The position numbers and the translations under genes were made by a program. From an uncultured Gaiellales bacterium (GTDB taxonomy: Bacteria > Actinomycetota > Thermoleophilia > RBG-16-64-13), in the NCBI GenBank assembly GCA_964592075.1, contig CAZQDY010000001.1, positions 60,399 to 124,398 of the forward strand: DNA of 64,000 bases, written 5' to 3'. Position 1 is the first letter of the stretch. The number at the start of each line of letters is the position of its first letter. The notes beneath the pieces were generated by a model. That model was given only the letters and a program-made list of their open reading frames with translations. It did no database searches and had not been told where the DNA came from. Positions 9,876 to 18,943 of this stretch are shown here, piece after piece.

Positions 9876-10985
9876 CTAACGGTCCCGGTTGTCGATGACC
9901 GCCTTGATCTCCTTGCCGGACGCCATGTTGGCGAGCGCCTCGTTCACGTCCTCCAGCCGGTACTTGCCGCTCACGATGTCGGCGAACGCGTACTTGGCCC
10001 GGTTGGTCTTGATGAACTGCAGGGCCCTGTAGAAGTGGACGATGTGGGCAGACACGCTGCCGACTATGGTGAGGCCCTTCTCGTTGATACGGCTCACGAT
10101 GACGGGCGTCGCGGCGGCCGAAGTCTGACCCAGAATGAGGTATTTCCCGCCCTTCATGACCATCTCGAGACCTTCCGCCACGGCCGGAGGATAGCCGGAG
10201 GCCTCCACCACGTTCTCCGGGCCTCTGCCGCTTGTGAGCTCCAGGATCATCTGCCTACGCTCTTCGGGTTCTTTCTGCTCGTCGATGTCGATCACGTAGT
10301 CGGCGCCCCACTTCTTGGCGAGCTCGAGACGCTTGGCGGGGGCTCCCACGACGATGATGGTGCGGGCGCCGCTCTCCCGGGCCACGATCGTGGAATAGAG
10401 GCCGATGGGCCCGCACCCTTGGATGACGAAGTCCTCCATGAGACCCACCTTGCCGAACCGGTCGTACCCGGCGACCACAGACCGGAAGGCACAGCCTACA
10501 CCCACGGCCTCCTCTTCCGTCAGTTCATCCGGGACTCTGACCACGTTGGTCTTGGGACTGACCATCTCGTACTCGGCGAACCCGCCTCGGAGCGCGCTGG
10601 GCGGAGCCCAGCCATAACCCTGCCTTCTTGCGCAGAGCACGGGATCACGCTCGATCACGCACCAGTAACACTCTCCGCAATCGGCGTGCGCCCACATGAT
10701 GCGGTCGCCCACCGCGAGCGGCTCACCGGCCGCGTCGAAGGTCCGCCCCTCGCCCATCTTGACGATGCGCCCGATGGTCTCGTGGCCCTGGATGTTGGGC
10801 AGCGGGCTCTTGATGGTCAGCTCGCCCCTTTGCTGATGCACGTCGGTGCCGCAGATGCCGGCCAACTCCACCTTGACCAGGATGCCGCGGGGTTCGACCT
10901 CCGGGATGGCCACCTCTTGGATCTCGAGCGGCTTGCCGTACTCCACCAGTACCGCCGCTTTGCAGGTCTTGGGGATATCCGTCAT
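9876..10985 (-). CDS. Zinc-dependent (MDR family) alcohol dehydrogenase
   Basis: GICGTDVH, GHE.IG, structural Zn CGECYWC...C, NAD-binding GCGPIG. Confidence 0.93.
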   Translation of the reverse strand: MTDIPKTCKAAVLVEYGKPLEIQEVAIPEVEPRGILVKVELAGICGTDVHQQRGELTIKSPLPNIQGHETIGRIVKMGEGRTFDAAGEPLAVGDRIMWAHADCGECYWCVIERDPVLCARRQGYGWAPPSALRGGFAEYEMVSPKTNVVRVPDELTEEEAVGVGCAFRSVVAGYDRFGKVGLMEDFVIQGCGPIGLYSTIVARESGARTIIVVGAPAKRLELAKKWGADYVIDIDEQKEPEERRQMILELTSGRGPENVVEASGYPPAVAEGLEMVMKGGKYLILGQTSAAATPVIVSRINEKGLTIVGSVSAHIVHFYRALQFIKTNRAKYAFADIVSGKYRLEDVNEALANMASGKEIKAVIDNRDR

Positions 10986-11047
10986 CTGGCTGCTCCTTCC
11001 TGACCGGTCCCAGGACGACGATGGCGAGGAGTTTGCCCTCGCGCACG

Positions 11048-11074
11048 GGATAGGCTATCCTGAACGAACGTTCA
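11048..11074. promoter_or_regulatory. Two abutting palindromes, candidate TetR operator(s) in the divergent promoter
   Basis: GGATAG-G-CTATCC (11048-11060) directly followed by TGAACG-AA-CGTTCA (11061-11074), between the divergent ADH and TetR starts. Confidence 0.6.
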
Positions 11075-11098
11075 ACAACGTAGCATCAGCCTGGAGCC

Positions 11099-12502
11099 TT
11101 GTCAATGAACAAGCGCGGCGAGAGGTTCATCCGGAAGACCAAGGTCGAGCGGCAGCGGGAGATCATCGAGGCGACCGTCCAACTGCTCACCAAGTACGGC
11201 GTCCAGGGTACAACGGTGTCCCGCATCTCCGCGGCGGTGGGAGTCTCGCGCGGCGCACTCTATCAGCACTTCCCCAACAGAGAGGCGGTCCTGGAGGCGG
11301 CCCTGGCGGCCATGGGAGAGCGCTCCTCACAGTGGATATGCCGGTCTTCCGTAAAGGACGTGCCGGCCCGCCTGCTCGACATGGGCGAGGCCCACTCCAC
11401 GTGGTCCTCGACGGAATACGACACCTTCGTCCGACCCTTCTTCCAGTTGATCGCCTCCAATCGAGAGACGGGCCTTACCAGGTCCATCATCCAGAGACAG
11501 CAGCAGGACTTCCGTTACCTGGTGAACCTGGTGGACGAAGGCAAGCACCAGGGGAGCATCTCGAGCGAGGTCGACTCCGGAGACATCGCGTGGAGCATAC
11601 TCCTGCACGCGTGGGGCGAGGACATGGCGCGTCTCATGGGTGTCGACCAGTTCATCACCGAGGGCGCATCCAACCGCATCCTCACGCGTCTCCTCTCGAC
11701 CTATGCCGTCTCCCCGGCGGCCTCCTCTATCGCCCCCGCGGCCGGGCGACAGGCGCGACCCGCGCGACCCGCGCGACCCACGCGACCGGACAAGGGAGCG
11801 GGAAGCAGTGCGGGCGAGAGACGCCCGGAGTCGCGAGGGCCCGCGGCCGGCAGGAGGTCGCTGGTCGTCTACTCCTCGTACACGGGCAACACCGGCAAGG
11901 TGGCCGAGCGGATCAGAGCCACCCTCGAGAAGAACGGCTGGGCTTGCGACTGCGTCAAGATCCGCAAGCGGGCCGAGGACATCCTCCACCCGCCCTTCGA
12001 GATCGAGGACTACGGCTTCATCTGCGTGGGCTCGGGCATCAGATCCCACCTCCCCTACAACGAGATCCTCAACCTCCTGCGGAGGCTCAGGCTGGGCGAG
12101 GACCCCCGGTTCGCGCTGAGGATGAGAGACGAGACCATCCCCTATATCACCGACCCCCTCCCTGAGAAGCCCCCGCCCTGGAAGGACCCGGAGCTGGTCC
12201 ACCAGCACAGGAAGATCGAGATAGGCCCGGACTCGCCCAAGGCGGCCGTCTTCGCAACCTACGGCGGGTACGAGTTCGGCCCCAAGGAGGCGGAACCGAG
12301 CCTGCGGTTGCTGGAGCTGGAAGTCGAGCATCTCGGCTTCGAGTGTGTCGGCCGCTTCTGCTGCCCGGGCAAGTACCTCGACGACCCAACGCCCGACACC
12401 TTCCACGGCGACATCCGGGGCAGGCCCGACGAACGCGACCTGCGCGACGCTGAAGCCTTCATCGAGGAGAAGCTGGCCGCGATCGCCGACGATCCCGCGT
12501 AG
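11099..12502 (+). CDS. TetR family regulator fused to a C-terminal flavodoxin-like domain
   Basis: N-terminal TetR HTH (EIIEATVQLL...GTTVSRISAAVGVSRGALYQHF). After a low-complexity linker comes LVVYSSYTGNTGKVAERI (FMN phosphate loop), then ICVGS, FATYGG and GRPDERDLRDAEAF. Confidence 0.85.
   Translation: MSMNKRGERFIRKTKVERQREIIEATVQLLTKYGVQGTTVSRISAAVGVSRGALYQHFPNREAVLEAALAAMGERSSQWICRSSVKDVPARLLDMGEAHSTWSSTEYDTFVRPFFQLIASNRETGLTRSIIQRQQQDFRYLVNLVDEGKHQGSISSEVDSGDIAWSILLHAWGEDMARLMGVDQFITEGASNRILTRLLSTYAVSPAASSIAPAAGRQARPARPARPTRPDKGAGSSAGERRPESRGPAAGRRSLVVYSSYTGNTGKVAERIRATLEKNGWACDCVKIRKRAEDILHPPFEIEDYGFICVGSGIRSHLPYNEILNLLRRLRLGEDPRFALRMRDETIPYITDPLPEKPPPWKDPELVHQHRKIEIGPDSPKAAVFATYGGYEFGPKEAEPSLRLLELEVEHLGFECVGRFCCPGKYLDDPTPDTFHGDIRGRPDERDLRDAEAFIEEKLAAIADDPA
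11753..11788 (+). repeat. 9-bp tandem repeat (gcgcgaccc) x4 encoding ARP-ARP-ARP-TRP in the interdomain linker
   Basis: gcgcgaccc gcgcgaccc gcgcgaccc acgcgaccg read directly from the sequence. Confidence 0.85.
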
Positions 12503-12548
12503 ACAGCGCGCCGGTTGAGCGCGGCGGGCGGCGCGCCGAGGCCCCGGC

Positions 12549-13349
12549 TCAGTTGATGCAGAGGAATCCCCCGTCGTGCGGCATCACCACTCCGTTCAGG
12601 TGCGCCCCTTCCGCTGAGGCCATGAACACGCAGAGGGCTCCGATCTCTATCGGCTCGCCATATCTCCGGTCCAGGAGGGCCCTGGCGTTCCTCTCCTTCA
12701 TCTCGGGGGTGAGCTGCTCGTCGAGTCTGGAATGCGTGGGGCCAGGCATTATGCAGTTGACGCGGATGTCGTGCTCGGCGAACTCGATGGCCCACGACTT
12801 GGTGAGATGGTTGATGGCCGCCTTGGCTGCCACATACGCGGCGTTCGGCAGCTCTCTCGACCCGGAGCAACTTGCGCCGCCCACCGACGAGATGTTGACG
12901 ACGAGCCCGCCCCGGCCGGCCGTCCGCATCTCGTTACCAACCGCGTGAGTCATGTACGCGGTCCCGTTCAGGTCCACGTCGATGACCCGGCGCCACTCCG
13001 GGAGGTCCTCGTCCATGTCCAAGAAGGGTTTGACGGCGGCTATGCCGGCGTTGTTCACGAGGACGTCGATGTGGCCGAAGGAGTCGATCACGGATCCGAC
13101 CGCCATGCGGACGGACGAGAGGCTCGTGACGTCGCACTCAACGAACAGATGAGCACCGCCGGGCCCTCGCAGCGTCTCGACAACCGCCCTGCCCCCCTCG
13201 ACGTCCATGTCGAGCACCGCCGCCTCGGCGCCCCGCTGAGCGAAGGCCTGCGCGATGCCCGCCCCGATGCCGCCGGCGCCGCCCGTCACGACCACCTTCA
13301 GTCCCGACACGTCCATCACGTTGGCGAGATCGCCCACGGGTTTGCTCAT
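12549..13349 (-). CDS. SDR family oxidoreductase
   Basis: TGGAGGIG, LVNNAG, YVAAK catalytic motif, IRVNCIMPG. Start re-chosen at ATG 13349 (MSKPVGDL...); the upstream extension in the ORF track is GC-rich and low-complexity. Confidence 0.9.
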   Translation of the reverse strand: MSKPVGDLANVMDVSGLKVVVTGGAGGIGAGIAQAFAQRGAEAAVLDMDVEGGRAVVETLRGPGGAHLFVECDVTSLSSVRMAVGSVIDSFGHIDVLVNNAGIAAVKPFLDMDEDLPEWRRVIDVDLNGTAYMTHAVGNEMRTAGRGGLVVNISSVGGASCSGSRELPNAAYVAAKAAINHLTKSWAIEFAEHDIRVNCIMPGPTHSRLDEQLTPEMKERNARALLDRRYGEPIEIGALCVFMASAEGAHLNGVVMPHDGGFLCIN

Positions 13350-13483
13350 GGGCGCGCGGGCGGAGCGCCGGCCGGGCGCGCGGCCCCCATCAGAGTCCGG
13401 CGCGGCGCGTCCGGGCGCGCCCCCATGGCAGGCCCCTACTTTTCCGCCCGCTCCTCCGCTCGCCGCTGCGCTCGCCCCTGCGC

Positions 13484-13969
13484 TCACTTCCCCGCCTGCT
13501 GTCGCGCGATCTCCTGCACGTACGCCTCACCGGGGCCGGTCGAGAAATGGAAGATGGGCCTATCCACCCGGTGGATGACGAGCGGGCAGTGATAGGCGCC
13601 CTTGGGGAGGAAGATCAGGCAGCTCTTCGTGAGGGTGAACTTCTCGTCCTCGATCCAGAACTCTATCTCGCCGTGGAGTGCGTAGGGGTCGGCGAAGTCG
13701 GTGCCGAAGAAGCCGATGGTCTCGTCGTAGTCATGGGCGTGCGAGTGGGGCTCGGCGGTCTCCGGATACACGTCGCCGCCCGCCGGCCACATCCACACGC
13801 ACTCGGTGTAGGGAGAGCCCTTGAGCACGACATCGTCCAAGCCCAGGATCTTGCGATGCGACGGGGTGTTGGTCACCGACTCGGGGTCCACGCCCGGCGG
13901 CAGAGCCGCGTCGCGGGAGTCGCGGCGGCGCTCGGTGACTATGTACTTGGCGAACTTCGATTCACTCAT
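13484..13969 (-). CDS. Uncharacterised cupin-like protein with a putative His/Glu metal site
   Basis: PHSHAHDYDETIGFFG...GEIEFWIEDEKFTLTKSCLIFLPKGAYHCP resembles the two cupin motifs. RBS AAAGGA. Confidence 0.6.
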   Translation of the reverse strand: MSESKFAKYIVTERRRDSRDAALPPGVDPESVTNTPSHRKILGLDDVVLKGSPYTECVWMWPAGGDVYPETAEPHSHAHDYDETIGFFGTDFADPYALHGEIEFWIEDEKFTLTKSCLIFLPKGAYHCPLVIHRVDRPIFHFSTGPGEAYVQEIARQQAGK

Positions 13970-13984
13970 GGATAGTCGTCCTTT

Positions 13985-14926
13985 CTAGGACTCGTCGAAG
14001 AAGCTGCCCTCCCAGCCCTCGGCCCAGACGCCGGCGCCGAGCATCAACGCCAACTCGACCATGGGCCTGCGGACTTCCTTCCAGCTCAGCGGACCATGGT
14101 TCATGCCCCTGGGGACGTACACGCAGTAGGTGGTGTCGAACTCCAGCACGTCGTCGCCCACGCCGAACTGCATGGTCGCGCCCAGATCCTCAGGATGGTC
14201 GGGGTCGCCGCCGAAGTGGAAGACCATCTCGCCGTGGTTGTCGTGCCGCATCCTGCCGATGGGCCGGCTGGGCACGTCCCAGATCCACCCGAACTCCAGG
14301 TAGTTGTTCGCCGCGTTCACCTGGGTGCGGCTGAGGTACGTCATGCTGGGCAGCTGCCGGCCGCTGACCATGAACTCGGGGCCCGCCTCCCGCATGGGGC
14401 TACGGATGGCGTACTGCTCGAAGTCAAAGTCTTCCGTCTTCCTGGGGACGGCGCCAGCGCCGCCCTTCCCGGCTCTCTGCGCGCCGGCGGCGGTCCGGTC
14501 GACGCCCGCGTACGGATCGCCGCTCCCGAACACGATGCCCACCTGGAGATGGGGATGATGGAACTCCCTCCACGTGAACGGCCCGTACGGCGTCCCCTTG
14601 GGGATGTACAGTCCTGTGGTGGTGTTGAAGACGATCGGCTGGCCGCCGACGTACGCCTCCACCGTGGCGCCGAGCACCTGCGGCGTCCGGTAGTCGCCGC
14701 CGATATGGAGGAGCAGTTGGTCGTGGTCCAAGACCTGCTCCGTCGCCTGGGGACCGCCCTCGGGGATCCCGCGGATCCAGCCCATCTCGAGGTAGATGTC
14801 CGCCTCGGCGACCTGGCGGCTGCTCATGTAGATGGCAGGCGGCCAATCACGGCCCTTGACGCCGGGATCGGCCGCTTCGCGGATGGGTTCCCGGACGGCG
14901 TACTTCTCGAACTTCGATCCGGTCAT
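13985..14926 (-). CDS. Tandem (two-domain) paralog of the adjacent cupin-like protein
   Basis: True start is ATG 14926 (ATGA overlap with the upstream SnoaL stop). Internal duplication: KFEKYAVREPIREA / DFEQYAIRSPMREA and YIPKGTPYGP / YVPRGMNHGP. Confidence 0.65.
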   Translation of the reverse strand: MTGSKFEKYAVREPIREAADPGVKGRDWPPAIYMSSRQVAEADIYLEMGWIRGIPEGGPQATEQVLDHDQLLLHIGGDYRTPQVLGATVEAYVGGQPIVFNTTTGLYIPKGTPYGPFTWREFHHPHLQVGIVFGSGDPYAGVDRTAAGAQRAGKGGAGAVPRKTEDFDFEQYAIRSPMREAGPEFMVSGRQLPSMTYLSRTQVNAANNYLEFGWIWDVPSRPIGRMRHDNHGEMVFHFGGDPDHPEDLGATMQFGVGDDVLEFDTTYCVYVPRGMNHGPLSWKEVRRPMVELALMLGAGVWAEGWEGSFFDES

Positions 14927-15390
14927 GATGCGCCTCCTTCGAGTCCCGGGGTGGAGAGTCCCTCCTGCAGAAGCCGCTCGGCGATCCCGAGCTGGCTGAA
15001 GAAGGTGAACGTGTCGGCGACATCCCAGTGCTCGGCTATCTTGCCGTCCCTGACCCTGAAGATGTCGACCACGTCGTATTCGAGCTTGGCCCCGTCGGCC
15101 TCCCGACCAAGCCAGGGTCCACCGGAGTGCGTCCCGACGGTGGTGCTGTGGGCCATGACGATGTCGCCGTCGGCGACCATCTTCTTGAGCACGTACCTGA
15201 AGTCGGGCACGGCCTTGAAGATCACGTCGAAGAACTCCACGAAGCCGGCCTTGCCCTGCGGGCAGTCGGGGTTGTGCTGGATGTAGTCGGCGCACATGTA
15301 CTCGTCGAGCCGGCTCAGGTCGTGCCGGATGAACACATCCTCGTAGAAACGGGAAACGACTCCCTTGTTGACGCTGCTTTCCTCGCTCAT
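14923..15390 (-). CDS. SnoaL-like / ester cyclase (NTF2 fold) protein
   Basis: NKGVVSRFYE, DYIQHNP, ADGDIV, VDIFRVRDGKIAEHWDV. Confidence 0.88.
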   Translation of the reverse strand: MSEESSVNKGVVSRFYEDVFIRHDLSRLDEYMCADYIQHNPDCPQGKAGFVEFFDVIFKAVPDFRYVLKKMVADGDIVMAHSTTVGTHSGGPWLGREADGAKLEYDVVDIFRVRDGKIAEHWDVADTFTFFSQLGIAERLLQEGLSTPGLEGGAS

Positions 15391-15430
15391 CTCCTGGTCC
15401 CGTCCTTCCCTTCGTCCCGCTCCAAAGAGG

Positions 15431-16216
15431 TCAGTGAGCCGTCATGCCCCCGTCGACAGGCAGCGACTGGCCGGTGATGAACGACGCGACGTCTGAGCAG
15501 AGCCAGATGACCGTCTCCGCCATGTCTTCCGGGTAGCCGATGCGGTGGAGCGGAATCTCACCTTCCATATGCCCCCGGACGTCCGGGTCGGTGGACGTGA
15601 GGTACTTGAAGAGCAGGGTGTTCTGCGTCGGACCGGGCAGGATGGTGTTCACCCGGATGCCGTACTCCCCACCTTCCAGCGCCGCGGTCTTGGTGAGAGC
15701 CGTGAGCCCGGACTTGCTGGAGCTGTATGCGCAGAACCCCGGCACCGGCTTGAGCGCGCCGATGGAAGACGTGTTGACGATGGCCCCGCCCTCTCCCTGG
15801 TCGATCATCTGCTTCATCTCGTGCTTGAGGCAGAGGAAGACACCCTTGAGGTTGACATCGAGGGTGCGGTCCCAGATCTCCTCCGGGCACTCCACGATGT
15901 TCGCCACCGGGACTCGCACGCCGTCCGGACCTATGCCTGCGTTGTTGAAAGCGTAGTCGAGGCGCCCGAAGCGCCCGACGCACTTCTTCACCAACGCTTT
16001 CACGTCGGCTTCCTTCGAGACGTCGCACTGCACGAAGGCCGCCTCGCCGCCGGCCTCCTCGATCAGTCTGACGGTCTCCTCTCCGCCCGTGACGTTAGAG
16101 CCGGTCGCCACGATGACCTTGGCCCCCTCCCGGGCGAACAGTTGCGCGCCCATCCTACCGATGCCGGAGGCAGCTCCGGTCACCACCGCCACTCTGCCGT
16201 CGAAACGCTTACTCAA
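15431..16216 (-). CDS. SDR family oxidoreductase (glucose/ribitol dehydrogenase-like)
   Basis: TGAASGIG, FNNAGI, YSSSK, GIRVNTILPG, FITGQSLPVDGG. Confidence 0.92.
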   Translation of the reverse strand: MSKRFDGRVAVVTGAASGIGRMGAQLFAREGAKVIVATGSNVTGGEETVRLIEEAGGEAAFVQCDVSKEADVKALVKKCVGRFGRLDYAFNNAGIGPDGVRVPVANIVECPEEIWDRTLDVNLKGVFLCLKHEMKQMIDQGEGGAIVNTSSIGALKPVPGFCAYSSSKSGLTALTKTAALEGGEYGIRVNTILPGPTQNTLLFKYLTSTDPDVRGHMEGEIPLHRIGYPEDMAETVIWLCSDVASFITGQSLPVDGGMTAH

Positions 16217-16382
16217 CTGACGCCCCTCTCACCCGGATGCTCTGCAGGTACGGTCTACATCATAGCGCGGCGGGCTTGGACGTCCGGCGGTGCGGGGGGC
16301 CGGGCGACCCGACGGATCGGGCGGGCCGGCGGGACGGCGGGACGCTACGGGGGGCCTGGCGGGAGCGGACCGACCCCGGCCG

Positions 16383-16667
16383 CTACCAGTACCTGATCTT
16401 GCGGACCGTCATGTCCTCCTCCACCGTGATGAAGCAGGACTGGACGATCCTCCCATCCTCCAACTCCACTGCGCAGCTCCCGCAGGAACCGTAGCCCCCG
16501 CACTGGCCGGCCACAAAGTTGATGGTCTCGAGAGCGCGGAACAGCACGGTGCCGGCCGGCACCTCCAGCTTGGCCATCTCCATGCCCGTCCGGCCCAGAC
16601 AGGTTATCGTCAGCCTCCGGCCCTCGTCTCGAGGGCCGGAGGCGACTGTTTCGTTCTCGCCGGTCAC
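16383..16667 (-). CDS. 2Fe-2S ferredoxin-type protein
   Basis: CGGYGSCGSC plus a distal C (IVQSCF) in a 94-aa beta-grasp-sized protein. Confidence 0.8.
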   Translation of the reverse strand: MTGENETVASGPRDEGRRLTITCLGRTGMEMAKLEVPAGTVLFRALETINFVAGQCGGYGSCGSCAVELEDGRIVQSCFITVEEDMTVRKIRYW

Positions 16668-16680
16668 GCGACTTTGCCGA

Positions 16681-17751
16681 CTAGCGTATATACAGGTCGG
16701 GTCGGCCGTGCGCGAACATCTCGTCGACCGGCATCGGCGTCGGCAGCTTGTAGAGCTTGGCCGCGTTACCCCCGACGATGAGGTTGATCTGATCCTGGGT
16801 GGCCAGGTTGAGGTCCCTGAGGCGGTGGATCTGGTGCATCGCCCAGCCGTACCAGTCGGGGGCGTAGGGGAGCTCCCGGGGCTGGTTGTCGACCGGCCAA
16901 CAGGTGCGGTTGTAGAAGACCTGGTGCTCGTTCAGATACTTCGCCGCCGGACGCAGAGCGTGGTGCATCCAGATACGGCTGCCGGTGTCGCCGCCTCCCC
17001 AGATGAGGCGTTTGCAGGTGACGTTCTGGTCCCAGATGGCCATCTCGTAGAACTCGGCTTTCCAGTAGCCCGTCTCCAGATACACGTTGGGGAAGGAACT
17101 GGCGAACTGGATGGCTTCACGCACCTCGTTCTCTGCCTGTCCCCCGCCGTGGTTGATGAGCACCTTGAGCTCCGGATAGCTGCACAACGTCATGCCGAGC
17201 ACGTCGTAGGCCTCGCTCGGCCGGATGCCGACGGTCATGGAGCCGTAGCCGCGGTATTCGTGGAAGTGCACCACCACGTCGTGCTTGATGGCGAGTTCGG
17301 CAATGGCGGCCCATTCATAGCAGCGTTGCTCGTAGCTGGGCGGCTTGCGGATGGTGCCCATGGAGCCGGGGGCGAACTCCCCGATGCCGACGAAGACATC
17401 CGGCTCCGCCGTGATCGCCTCGTCGATCTCCTTGATGGCGTCCTCGATGGTCCACTCCTTCTCACCCCGGGCCGCCTTGATCCGCGCCGTGGTGTCCATG
17501 CAGCAGGTGCGGAAACGGTCGGGGTGCTTCTTGACCATGTCCCCATACAGCTCTTTGGTGGTACCCGTGAAGCTGGGCAGGAGGATGCCCATGTCGACTC
17601 CGTAGGCGTCCATGTCGAAGAGGGCCCAGCTGGAGCTGTCGTCCGGCACCACCTCGGCGAAAATGCCGTGCGCCGGGTTCGCATGGGGGGCGTGCGCGTC
17701 CTTCTTGCCCGAATGGATGTGGCCGTCGACGACCCATCTACCTATCTTCAT
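16681..17751 (-). CDS. Amidohydrolase family (Amidohydro_2-like) metalloprotein, paralog 1
   Basis: VVDGHIH, MDAYGVDMGILLP, VGIGEF, VHFHE, INHGG, VYLETG, IWGGGD, GGNAAKLY. Confidence 0.85.
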   Translation of the reverse strand: MKIGRWVVDGHIHSGKKDAHAPHANPAHGIFAEVVPDDSSSWALFDMDAYGVDMGILLPSFTGTTKELYGDMVKKHPDRFRTCCMDTTARIKAARGEKEWTIEDAIKEIDEAITAEPDVFVGIGEFAPGSMGTIRKPPSYEQRCYEWAAIAELAIKHDVVVHFHEYRGYGSMTVGIRPSEAYDVLGMTLCSYPELKVLINHGGGQAENEVREAIQFASSFPNVYLETGYWKAEFYEMAIWDQNVTCKRLIWGGGDTGSRIWMHHALRPAAKYLNEHQVFYNRTCWPVDNQPRELPYAPDWYGWAMHQIHRLRDLNLATQDQINLIVGGNAAKLYKLPTPMPVDEMFAHGRPDLYIR

Positions 17752-17805
17752 CGTAGTCTCCTTGCGTAGCTTGACCGCCGGCGGCGCTCGTCTGTGCGGG
17801 CGTCC

Positions 17806-18906
17806 CTAGCGTATGTACAGGTCGGGCCGGCCGTGGGCGAACATCTCGTCCTTGGGCATCGGCGTTGGCAGTTTGTAGAGCCGGGCTGCATTGCCTCCCA
17901 CGATCAGGTTGATCTGGTCCTGGGTGGCCAGGTTGAGGTCTTTGAGTCGGTGGATCTGGTGTGTCGCCCACCCGTACCAATCGGGGGCATAGGACAGCTC
18001 CTCGGGCTGGTTGTCGGCCGGCCAGCAGGTGCGGTTGAAGAGTACCTGGTGCTCGTTCAGGTACCTCGCCGCCGGACGCAGGGCGTGGTGCATCCAGATG
18101 CGGCTGCCGGTGTCGCCGCCTCCCCAGATGAGGCGTTTGCAGGTCACGTTCTGGTCCCAGATGGCCATCTCGTAATGCTCGGCCTTCCAGTAGCCGGTCT
18201 CCAGGTGCACGTTGGGGAAGGAGCTCGCGAACTGGACGGCCTCGCGTATCTCGTGCTCGAGCTGGCCGCCGCCGTGGTTGATGAGCACCTTGAGCTCCGG
18301 GTAACAGGAGCAGGTCATGCCCAAGACGTCCCAGGCGGCGCTGGGGCGAAGACCGGTGGTCATGCCGCCGTAGCCCCCGTATTCGTGGAAGTGCACCACC
18401 ACGTCGTGCTTGATGGCGAGCTCTGCGATGCCCGCCCACTCGTCCACCCGCTGCTCGTAGCTCGGCGGCTTTCGGATGGTGCCCATACAACCGGGGGCGA
18501 ACTCCCCGATGCCCACGAAGACGTCCGGTTCGGCGGTCAGCGCCTGATCGAGCTCTGCGAGGGCCGCCTCTATGGTCCACTCCTCCTCGCCGCGGGCCGC
18601 CTTTATCCGGGTGGTCGTGTCCATGACACAGGTACGGAGGCGGTCCGGATGCTTCTTGACCATGTCTCCGTACAGCTCCTTCGTGGTGCCCGTGAAGCTG
18701 GGCAGGAGGATGCCCATGTCGATGTCATAGGCGTCCATATCGAAGATCGCCAGGTCGGAGTTGTCGACCCCTTCCACCTCGCCGCCCATGAAGGTGGGGA
18801 GCCTGCGTTTACCGGCCGGTGTCTGGTCGGCGCCGACTTCCGGAGCTTTGTGGTCCTTCTTGCCGCAGTGGATGTGGCCGTCCACGACCCATCTTCCGAT
18901 CTTCAT
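17806..18906 (-). CDS. Amidohydrolase family (Amidohydro_2-like) metalloprotein, paralog 2 (tandem duplicate)
   Basis: Same motifs as paralog 1, with long near-identical protein and DNA stretches. Confidence 0.85.
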   Translation of the reverse strand: MKIGRWVVDGHIHCGKKDHKAPEVGADQTPAGKRRLPTFMGGEVEGVDNSDLAIFDMDAYDIDMGILLPSFTGTTKELYGDMVKKHPDRLRTCVMDTTTRIKAARGEEEWTIEAALAELDQALTAEPDVFVGIGEFAPGCMGTIRKPPSYEQRVDEWAGIAELAIKHDVVVHFHEYGGYGGMTTGLRPSAAWDVLGMTCSCYPELKVLINHGGGQLEHEIREAVQFASSFPNVHLETGYWKAEHYEMAIWDQNVTCKRLIWGGGDTGSRIWMHHALRPAARYLNEHQVLFNRTCWPADNQPEELSYAPDWYGWATHQIHRLKDLNLATQDQINLIVGGNAARLYKLPTPMPKDEMFAHGRPDLYIR

Positions 18907-18943
18907 CGATCTTCCTCTCTCTGGACCCGAGGCAGGCCCGCAC

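Noticed and set aside
16217-16382. Small ORF or repeat element in the gap between the ferredoxin and the SDR
   Set aside because: Only short ggcgggac-like G-rich repeats and a lone minus-strand TATGAT without a -35. No convincing coding or structural signal.
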